64,000 nucleotides of DNA from Scyliorhinus canicula (Eukaryota), in assembly GCF_902713615.1 (NCBI RefSeq), contig NC_052175.1:9961271-10025270 (forward strand), given 5' to 3'. Below are positions 11,801 to 21,114 of the stretch, in pieces (the first letter of the stretch is position 1; every line of letters begins with the position of its first letter). The translations under genes were made by a program, and so were the position numbers. The notes under the pieces are model-generated. The model worked only from the letters and a program-made list of their open reading frames with translations. It had not been told where the DNA came from and searched no databases.

Positions 11801-12127
11801 CTCCAACCAGTAGTGTAGCTGCTTTCTGGAGCGGTGCATTGCTATACATATAAGCACAGTAGTAGGAACCCGAATCATTCGCCTGGACATTGCGGATTTC
11901 CAGAATCAGTATATTTTTGATGTTGCCTTTTTTAGAAACGAACTTACAATCCGCCCCGCTACAGGATGAAATGTCGATTGCTTTCGGTGCTTCACCAACT
12001 CCTTGTTTATACCAGCCATAGCTAGACACCACTTCCACTTCGTAAATGTAATGACAGGTTAATTCCACCATCTGCCCGACTTCAGCCGTCATTGTTAATG
12101 GTATGTGAGACAGAGTGGACTCGGAGT
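11801..12127 (-). CDS. TCR/Ig-like V-C1 receptor, exon 2 (V-set Ig domain with J-like G strand in the same exon)
   Basis: Acceptor TTACAG|, donor G|GTAAG, 327 nt, phase 1/1. Translation has ELTC, YGWYKQ, DSGSYYC and ends ATLLVG. Confidence 0.92.
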
Positions 12128-12432
12128 CTGTAACTAAAGAGATTATTTTTTCGTTATCAATGATTAATGAGAGATTGAAACATCCGCTTTGAAACGCTTC
12201 AGCTGTAATTAAAGAACTATCTCATTGTTGTTTTACAGAGCTTTTGGTAAGATTTATTCTTCAATTTATTTATCTTCGGTTTTGTAATAGAAAGCAGTAA
12301 ACACACTGGCACTAACTGGTGAAATCTTTTCACCTGATCAGTGGATCACAGTTTTATTTCAAGAAACACGCATTCTCACATTTTACTGAACGAAGGGAAT
12401 TCCGGTTATATTTCCCACCGCCGGTTACTCAC

Positions 12433-12487
12433 CGTAACCCCTCAGCACCAGGAAAATGAGTGTCAGGTGGAAATGTTCCTTCGCCAT
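12433..12487 (-). CDS. TCR/Ig-like V-C1 receptor, exon 1 (leader MAKEHFHLTLIFLVLRGY)
   Basis: ATG at 12487-12485, 18 codons with a hydrophobic core, phase-1 donor G|GTGAGT at 12432. It joins the V exon in frame. Confidence 0.8.
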
Positions 12488-12639
12488 ATTGATCCGGAGA
12501 CTGCTCCCCGTTTTCGCTCTCACTCGCTTGTTACTGCGGCCGGAGTGGCCACAGACTGACCCGAGCTCATGGCCAGATCCAGCGGAAACGATGACGATGT
12601 GTTCTCTGGAAAGTATGACACCATTCTGTGAGCGGTGTC

Positions 12640-12755
12640 TTGGTGAATATGACGTTCATTTGCACTCCCGTCACCGCCTGTGTGTCACAGCTGACAAGAA
12701 ACAGACGACCTCACAACAATATGATTGGCTGTAGTTCAGAGTCGGGGCGGAATAA
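12640..12755 (-). promoter_or_regulatory. Candidate proximal promoter of the V-C1 receptor gene
   Basis: 170-260 bp upstream of the ATG: octamer-like ATTTGCAC (12658-12665), CRE-like TGACGTTCA (12650-12658), E-box CAGCTG (12688-12693), CCAAT box (12724-12728), GC box GGGGCGG (12744-12750). Motif hits only. Confidence 0.3.
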
Positions 12756-13837
12756 TAACTGCAGGGATCTATGCTGAATATTGTAGTTAGTAATTAACTC
12801 AAGTTTATCCATGCCAGATTGTCATTGGCATCATGTTGCTGATCCAACTTGTCAGACATCTACCAGGTCTACCCTCAGCCTTGTCTTCGCCAGTTCAACA
12901 ATCACCAGCCTGTTCCTTATTTTTAATTATTAATGACATTTTGGCCCTGCTCTCATTCTTGTAAATCGTGTTTGCTGCATTGCCAATATCCTTTTTGCAT
13001 TTTGGGGGGCCAGTAATTTGCAGTTAGTCCGGGTTTCCGAAACAAGGACCAAAATATGAAAGCAATTCAACTGAATTAGAATAATTTTCTTCTGCAGCCT
13101 TCTTTGTGTTTTTCTAGTGAATATCACCAACAAGATCATGAAAATGGCCGTTGCTTTCGAATCATTCACAAATCGAATAAATAAAACTTTTGAGTAGCAT
13201 AAGGGACAGACTAGAACCTTGGGCCTCTCGTCAACTGGGTTGTATTTCGATTCTGAGCCGTGCTCACTCGCAGATTCTGATGTTGACTGAGTGGCTTCTT
13301 CTTAAACAAAATTTCGAGCAGAAACGACTTGCTTTCCGCAAGGGTTAAGATAAAAACATTTACCCTTTAGGTAAAATAGTAAACATTATTAAACGGTGAA
13401 CTGGGAAAATACTCGAGTTCATTTAGCCTGCATGCCATCTGTTCGTAAATCTGCGAATAAAGGTTTCTGGTGGTCGACGTTCCCAATACAATCCCCCACA
13501 GTTTCCTAAATATATGCCTTAGAAAACATTTGGAAGTCATTATAAGTGGAAATTCAGTCCATGCCGGACAGAGTACATTTCTTAGAAGCTGCAGTAAGGA
13601 AAGACATTAGAGGAGGGAAATTAAGATTTAGTGAATGAAAGTTGTCCAATGTACTTTTTTAGAAATACAAAGATTTGCATTGATCTTCTGTTGAAAGCAA
13701 TAGGTCACCAATTTATATTCGTTCGTTCATAGAACGTGATCATCGCTGGTCAGTGCGGCAATAATTGTCCATCCCTAAATGTCTCTACATTCTGAGAGAA
13801 ATAGACAGGGTGTAAACTCAGTCTCTTTTCCAAGCGT

Positions 13838-14030
13838 GGACGTGTGGGGCTGGTTTAGCACAGGGCTAAACATCTGGCTTTTAAAGCAGACCAAGGCAGG
13901 CCAGCAGCACGGTTCAATTTCCGTACCAGACTCCCCGAACAGGCACCGGAACGTGGCGACTAGGGGCTTTTGACACTAAATTCATTGAAGCCTCCTTGTG
14001 ACATTAAGCGATTTCAATTTCATTTCAATT
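13838..14030 (+). mobile_element. Second SINE family, near full length (tRNA-like head)
   Basis: GGGCTGGTTTAGCACAGGGCTAAA...CACGGTTCAATTTCCGTACCAG...ending ATTTCAATTTCATTTC. Confidence 0.75.
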
Positions 14031-14290
14031 ACAAGGGGCCACATGTTCAAGGTGTGAGGAGTTATGTTTAATGGCGATGTGTGAGGTACGTTTATCATGC
14101 AGAGAGCGGTGGGTGCCTGCAACGCGCGGCGAGAGGATGTGGTGAAATCAGGCACATCAACGTCATTTAAGAGGCATCTGGATGGGCAGATGAAGAAGGG
14201 GAAATAGAGGAATAAGTGTAAGGGCAGCAGTTTGTTTTAGTTAGGACAAATGCTCTGAACAGGCGTGGAGGGCCGAAGGGCCTGTTACGA
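14030..14290 (+). mobile_element. CR1-type LINE 3' fragment
   Basis: TTACAAGGGGCCACATGTTCAAGGTG... to GGAGGGCCGAAGGGCCTGTT, the CR1 3' terminus. Confidence 0.7.
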
Positions 14291-14420
14291 TGATACATTT
14301 TTTATTGTTATTTTGGAAGGGGATCAGGGGCTGGTTTGTTCACCTCTGTAGTCCATGGCGTGTCGGCATACCAACCTCCAGGCTCGTTTCTCCAGGTGTT
14401 TGATCCAGAGACATAAAGGA

Positions 14421-15569
14421 ATGGCGATAAAGTCGCAGGCCAGTGTGCGGTTAGGAGGACAATTGGTGTCTTGTTCCCATCTCCCTTCGTGTGTTGCCGT
14501 GTTCTCTGTGTCGATATTACACGGTGCGATGCCAGTAAGACGCTCATGAAGGCATTGTGCAATTGTGAATAAAGTTGAGGATCCGTTAATTTGATTCAAA
14601 TCTCAGACAGGCGAGGGAAAAAAGGAAATCGGTATAACATTAATTAATACACTGTTAATGAGCATGATTGTACACCAGCCTTTTCTCGGTTTAGTTGAAT
14701 CCACTCTGGGCGGTAACCCCGCATTCTGTCTACAGTTTGACATTGACTGCCAGTGTGTGACCTCTGAATGCAGTTCTGTGGGTGAAGCGCCTCAACTGTA
14801 AAAACAGGAAAACCACAGAGAGCTGATTTTGGCTCGAACATCATTTTCCATCTCAAGCAGAGAGTGGCCACAATCTCGGGCACTGACAGTCAGACCTCAA
14901 TGCGCTTTGCAAAGCTCCAAATGGGCTGTGGGCGAGGTATTTTTAACGCTCACAACAAACAGTTGCGGTCACAGACAATGCGCCTCGTTGTTGCCAGACC
15001 CGTTCTCTGCTGCAAGTTTACTCCCCCGCTCCTTCGCAATGGAAGGTCAAGCATTTACTCAGAAAACGTCAAGCTCTGAGTACAGTTAATTTCACAACTC
15101 GTGCTGCCAGTGATTCCTGTAACCAGACTCTTCACAACAACCTGAATGTATCTCGCTCTTGTCTCCCACCTTCCATTCCTCACCAGTCTGCTGAAGATTC
15201 CGTGACTTGGGTTCCTGAGGAGTCTTTCAGAAAATTTTCAGCACGGATTTTCCTGCTTTGTGTTCAGAATTGGGTCATGTTTCCTCTGAAATATTCCCAT
15301 AAATAATCATTTGACCCAGCAGTAGTTTCTAATTGTTTTGTGTCTGTCAGGATTGAGCATGTTTATCCTTTACCGATACTGACTCGATGATCCGGCGTAG
15401 AATATTCATCCTCATTTGGATTTGGAATTCATGTTGTGGCTGATCAGGTGAATATTGATGATTAATACCGATATTTTAATGAACCTTTGTTTAATGTCCT
15501 TTGTTTGAAGTACTGATTACGTTTATTATTTCAGAACACCGAATGAACAGATCCCACAGTGAAAAGCAG
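14421..15569 (+). pseudogene. Decayed inverted paralogue of the V-C1 receptor gene
   Basis: Exon-like blocks with splice signals in the same order as the intact gene: V-like 14695-14936 (VESTL...VGEAPQL*), TM-like 15351-15447 (ends GGC TGA TCA G|GTG vs GGC AGA TCA G|GTG; 97 nt, frameshifted), tail-like 15535-15569 (EHRMNRSHSEKQ vs EEWARRSQNE). Leader (14421-14523) and C-like block (about 14975-15300) are weak. Confidence 0.55.
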
Positions 15570-16022
15570 GTAAGTAAAGTGTTTTTTAAACCTCATCACT
15601 AACATCAGTATGTAAATAGCCCAACTCGGGAAGGGGCCATACTGGACCTGGTATTGGGGAATGATCCCGGCCAGGTGGTTGAAGTTCAGTCGGTATTACT
15701 TTGGGACAAGCCATCACAATTCTGTAAGTTTTAGAATACTCATGGAGAAAGACGAGAGTGGTGCGAAAAGAAGAGTGCTAAATTGGGGAAAGGCCAAGTA
15801 TATCAAAATTCGGCAAGAGCTAGGGAATGTAGATTGGGAATAGTTTCAAATCCGCATTTGAAATGTGCGACTCTTTTAAGAAAAGGTTCATTAGAGTGCA
15901 GGATAGACATGTCCCTGTGAAAATGAGGGATATAAATGGCAAGTTGAGGGAACCATCGATGACGGGTGGAATTGTGAGACGAGCTCAGATGAAAAAGGAA
16001 GCATACGTAAGATATAGGCGAT

Positions 16023-16390
16023 TTACATAGATTTACATAGAATTTACAGTGCAGAAGGAGGCCATTCGGCCCATCGAGTCTGCACCGGCTCTTGGAAAGA
16101 GCACCCTACCCCCTATCCAAGGTCAACACCTCCACCCTATCCCCATTACCCAGTAACCCCACCCAACACTAAGGGCAATTTTGGACACTAAGGGCAATTT
16201 TATCATGGCCAATCCACCTAACCCGCACATCTTTGGACTGTGGGAGGAAACCGGAGCACCTGGAGGAAACCCACGCGCACACGGGGAGGATGTGCAGACT
16301 CCGCACAGACAGTGACCCAAGCCGGAATCGAACCTGGGACCCTGGAGCTGTGAAGCGATTGTGCTATCCACAAGGCTACCGTGCTGCCCC
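16023..16390 (-). mobile_element. Full-length V-SINE (GTAAATTCTATG-tail subfamily) nested in the CR1
   Basis: Reverse complement of head GGGGCAGCACGGTAGC...GTGGATAGCAC and tail CTGCACTGTAAATTCTATG. Confidence 0.88.
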
Positions 16391-16707
16391 TTTTTAAGGC
16401 AGACTCCTGCCCCATTAAAAACTAATGAAGCTTTGGAGGAATATCGGGACAGTAGAACAAGTCTCAAAAGTGCAATAAAGAGGGCTCAAAGGGGTCAGGG
16501 AATATATTTGGCTAACAGGGTGAAGGAACATAGCAAAGTATTTTATTCGTCTATAATGAGCAAGAGGGTAACTACAGAAAGGATTGGCCCATTCAAAGAC
16601 AAAAGAGGATTTTTTTGCGTGGAGTCAGAGGAAATAGTTGAGATTCTTAATGAGTACTTTGCATCCGTTTTCATCAAGTGACATGACGGATGTTGAGGTT
16701 AGGGATG

Positions 16708-16917
16708 ATGTGGAGATGCCGGCGTTGGACTGGGGTGAGCACAGTAAGAAGTCTTACAACACCAGGTTAAAGTCCAACAGGTTTGTTTCAAACACGAGCT
16801 TTCGGAGCACGGCTCCTTCTTCAGGCTCATTCACCTGAAGAAGGAGCCGTGCTCCGAAAGCTCGTGTTTGAAACAAACCTGTTGGACTTTAACCTGGTGT
16901 TGTAAGACTTCTTACTG
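16708..16917. mobile_element. Penelope-like terminal-repeat insertion forming an 84-bp perfect inverted repeat
   Basis: Arms 16742-16825 and 16834-16917, 8-nt loop; flanked by GAGGTTAGGGATG at 16695-16707 and 16917-16929. Penelope assignment rests on the inverted-repeat structure and hammerhead motif. Confidence 0.75.
16832..16866 (+). ncRNA. Minimal hammerhead ribozyme motif
   Basis: CAC-CUGAAGA-A-GGAGC cgu GCUCC-GAAA-G-CUC/GUG: conserved core, 5-bp stem II, palindromic AGCU stem III, CAC/GUG stem I. Confidence 0.7.
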
Positions 16918-18515
16918 AGGTTAGGGATGGATGTTTAAATATTCCAGGTCAAGTCGGCATAATGAATGCGGCAGTTTTGGGTATTCTAAAACGTATGATG
17001 TTGGACAAGTCCCCAGGTCCGGATGGGAACTATCCCAGGTTACAGAGGGAAGCGAGGGAAATAGCTGGGACCTTAACAGACATCTTTTCAGCATCCTTGA
17101 GCACGAGTGAGCTCCCGGAGGACTGGAGAATTGCTGATATTGTCCCTTTGTTTACGAAAGGTAGCAGGGATTATCCAGGGAATTGTAGACCTGTGAGCTT
17201 GACGTCAGTGGTAGGCAAACTGTTGGAGAAGATGCTGAGGGATAAGATACATTCACATTTGGAAGACAATAGACTTATCAGTGATGGGCAGCATGGCTTT
17301 GTGCAGGGAAGGTCATGTATTTCAAACCTAATGAATTAATGACAAAGTTAACTGATGAGGGAAGGGCTGTTGATGTCATACACATGGACTTCAGTTCGGC
17401 GTTTGATAAAGTTTCCCATGGCAGGTTGATGGAAAAAGTGATGTTGTATGGGGTTCAGGGTGTACTAGCTAGATGGATAAAGAACTGGCTGGGCAACAGG
17501 AGACAGAGCGTAGTGGTGGAAGGGAGTTTCTCAAAATGGAGAAGGTGACAAATGGTGTTCCACAGGTGTCCGTGCTCGAACCACTTTTGTTTGTGATATA
17601 CATAAATGATCTAGACGAAGATACAGGTGGTCGGATTAGTAAATTTGCAGATGATAGTAAAATTGATGGAGTTGCAGATAGTGAGAGAGCTTGTCAGAGA
17701 ATACAGCAAAATATAGATAGATTGCAGAGTTGGGCAGAGAAATGGAATATGGAGTTCAATCCAGGCAATTGCGAGGTGATGCATTTTGGAAGATCCATTT
17801 CAAGAGCGGACTATACTATCAATGGACGAGTCGTGGGGAGAATTGATGTACAGAGAGATCTGGGAGTTCAGGTCCATTGTCCCCTGAAGGTGGCAACGCA
17901 GGTCGATAGAGTGGTCAAGAAGGCATACAGCACGCTTGCCTTCATCGGACGGGGTATTGAGTACAGGAGTCGGCAGGTCATGTTACAGTTGTATAGGACT
18001 TTGTTCCGGCCACATTTGGAATACTGGATGCAGTTCTGGTTGCCACATTACCAGTAGGATGTGGATGCTTCAGAGAGCGTGCAGAGGCGGTTCACGAGGA
18101 TGTTGCCTTGAATGAAGGGTGCTAGCTATGAAGAAAGTTTGAGTAGATTAGGGTTCTTTTCGTTGGAAAGACGGAGGTTGAGGGGGGACTTGATTGAAGT
18201 CTACAAAATTATGAGAGGTATAGACAGGGTGGACAGCAACAAGCTTTTTGCAAGAGTGAGTGTGTCAATTACAAAGGGCCACGCTTTCAAGGTGTGACGG
18301 GGAAAGTTCAAGGGAGATGTGCGTGGAAATATTTTTACGCAGAGGGTGGTGACTGCCAGGAACGCTTTGCCAGCGGAGGTGGTAGAGGCGGGCACGATAG
18401 CGTAATTTAAGATGCATCTCGACAGATATATGAACGGGCCTGGAACAGAGGGAAATAGATCCTTGGAAAACAGGCGACAGGTTTACATAAAGGATCAGAC
18501 TGATTAAGAAATATA

Positions 18516-18742
18516 AAGGGGCAGCACGGTAGCATGGTCGTTAGCATAAATGCTTCACAGCTCCAGGGCCATGCTAAATTGCCCGTAGTGTCGTAAAAAG
18601 TAAGGTTAAGGTGGGGGGGGGGTTGTTGGGTTACGGGTATAGGGTGGATACGTGCGTTTGAGTAGGGTGATCATGGCTCGGCACAACATCGAGGGCCGAA
18701 GGGCCTGTTCTGTGCTGTACTGTTCTATGTTCTATGTTCTAT
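18516..18742 (+). mobile_element. Internally deleted V-SINE
   Basis: Head ...CAGCTCCAGGG joins directly to CCATGCTAAATTGCCC; the usual central segment is missing; tail intact. Confidence 0.85.
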
Positions 18743-18959
18743 CTGCATCGGCGCAGGCTGGGAGGGTCGAAGGGCCTGTTCGCGTGCTGTAATTTTCTTC
18801 GTCTTTTGTTATTTCTATTCTCACTGTTTTTATAACTGTTTCAGAAACCACTTTATTCCCAAAGCCATTCCCATGGTATTGATGCTTTAATATTTCCCAC
18901 GTTCCTTCATGATTTATTCTGAGATTAATTAATAATTCAATTTGTATTTTATTAACTGA

Positions 18960-20040
18960 GCAGGCGCAAAATGGCCAGATAAAATTGCAACACCAAGAGG
19001 CCATTCGGCCACTCGAGCCTGCTCTGCTATTCAATAAGATCATAGCTGACCTGATTGGTGATCCGCCTGTCTGCCTCCCTAAAATCCTGGATTCCATTTT
19101 TACTTGAATCCGCTCTAATTCAGTATTGAAAATATTCAATGGCACCCCCACTTCCCTGTGGGAATGGGAATTTCTAACTGAGAGAAGACATTCATCCTCG
19201 TCACCATCTTACTGCTGAAACTGTGTTCCCTGCTTCAACATTCCCTCTCCAGTGAACGCATCTTTCCAATATTTACTGTGACAATCGTTTGGGAGTTCCA
19301 TCTGTTTTTAGGACGAAAATACGTAGAAGGAGCAGGAATGTGCTATTCCTCCTCTCGACTCCGCTCCACTGTTTAATCAGACCATGTCTGATCTGATAGT
19401 AACCTCAGTTCTGCTTAAGGCCTGCTCCCAATCACCTCTGGACTCCCTGCTTACAAAGATGATATCAATCTCTGCCTTAAAAGGTTTCAAAGATACTCCT
19501 TCAACCCCCTTTGAAAGGAAGGAAGTTATCAAGACTCACGACCCTCTCAGAGTAAACAAAACATCCTCATTTAGCTTTCTAACGGCGGACTCATTATTTT
19601 TAAAAGTGACCACCCCCCCCCCCCAATTAAAGATTCTCCTCCAAGAGAAAAAACCTTCTCCACATGCACCTTTTCAAGACCCTTCTGGATCTGATAAGTT
19701 TCAATAAAGTCGCCTCTTTCTCTTTACACTGTCGTGGATATGGTACATATGACCATTCCAGCTTTCCCTCATGGGACGCAATCCGGATATTATTCTGATA
19801 CATTTCTGTGAATGACTTCCAATTTACATCCTTCCATAAATAAAGTGACCAATGTGGTCCAGAGTACTCCAAATGTTGTCTAGCTCGTACAACTGAAGTG
19901 TAACCGCCCTAATTTTTTATTGAATACTCTTCTCAGTAAAGTTAAACGTTCTGTTAGATTTCTCAATTACTTGCTGTGCCTGCACACTGTGATTCATGCG
20001 CTAGGACACCCCGATGTATCGCACCTCAGAGATTTGGAAT
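18960..20040 (-). mobile_element. Degraded CR1-type LINE 3' region
   Basis: Reverse-strand remnants, e.g. YSGPHWSLYL and GAGGCCATTCGGCC terminus. Confidence 0.6.
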
Positions 20041-20044
20041 CTGT

Positions 20045-21100
20045 CATCGTCTTGCTGATGACCGCAGGTCACTGATAGGGGCAACACAGGTGGATAAGAT
20101 AGTTAAGAAGGCATACATAGAACATAGAACATAGAACAGTACAGCACAGAACAGGCCCTTCGGCCTTCGATGTTGTGCCGAGCAATGATCACCCCACTCA
20201 ACCCCACGTATCCACCCTATACCCGTAACCGAACAACCACCCTCCTTCACCTTACTTTTAAGGACACTACGGGAAATTTAGCATGGCCAATCCACCTAAC
20301 CCGCACATCTTTGGACTGTGGGAGGAAACCGGAGCACCCGGAGTAAACCCACGCACACATGGGGAGGACGTGCAGACTCCGCACAGACAGTGACCCAGCC
20401 GGGAACCGAACCTGGGACCCTGGAGCTGTGAAGCATTTATGCTAACCACCATGCTACCGTGCTGCCCACGGCATGCTTGCCTTCATTGGCCGGAGCATTG
20501 AGTATAAAAAATGGCAACTTATGTTGCAGCAGTAATGAACCTTAGTTGTGCCACACTTGGAGGATAGTATTCAATTCTGGTCGCCACACCACCAGAAGGA
20601 TGGAGGCTTTAAAGAGGGTGCAGAAGAGATTTACCAGGATGTTGCCTGGTATGGAGGGCATTAGCTATGAGGAGAGTTGAATGAACTCGGTTTGTTCTCA
20701 CTGGAACGACGGAGGTTGAGGGGCGACCTGATAGCCGTGTACAAAACTATGAGGGGCATAGATAGAGTGGATAGTCAGAGGCTTTTTGCCAGTCTGGAGG
20801 GTTCAATTACTAGGGGTCATATGTTTGTGGTGCGAGTGGCAAGGTTTATAGGGGATATACGAGACACGAATTTTACACAGAGGATAGAGGGTGCTTGGAA
20901 CTCGCTGCCGGAGCATGTGGTGGAAGCAGGGACGATCGTGACGTTAAAGGGGCATCTTGACTAACACATGAATAGGATGGGAATAGAGCGATACGTAGCC
21001 CAGAGGTGCAGAAGATTTTAGTTTAGACGTGCAGCATGGTCGGCATAGGCTTGGAGGGCCGAAGGGCCTATTCCTGTGCTGTACTTTACTTCGTTCTAAG
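20045..21100 (+). mobile_element. CR1-type LINE 3' fragment split by a minus-strand SINE (20117-20467)
   Basis: GTTAAGAAGGCATAC...GGCATGCTTGCCTTCATTGG is continuous once the SINE is removed; FSLERRRLRGDL motif; CR1 3' terminus near 21085. Confidence 0.85.
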
Positions 21101-21114
21101 TTCTTTGTTCTTTT

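Larger units (their letters stand above)
15620..18495 (+). mobile_element. 5'-truncated, degraded CR1-type LINE ORF2 (endonuclease end plus RT)
   Basis: Fragments DKSPGPDG, NCRPVSLTSVVGK, MDFSSAFDKVSH, GVPQVSVL, FADDSK, RPHLEY; frameshifts and stops. Hosts a SINE and a Penelope-type repeat. Confidence 0.9.

Noticed and set aside
11855-11861. CACAGTA/TACTGTG heptamer-like sequence in the V exon
   Set aside because: It is the YYC codon string; no nonamer at 12 or 23 bp spacing, so not evidence of RAG rearrangement.
14644-14795. Minus-strand terminal-exon candidate (EALHPQNC...SLTVY*)
   Set aside because: No upstream partner exon; it overlaps the better-supported plus-strand paralogue V block.
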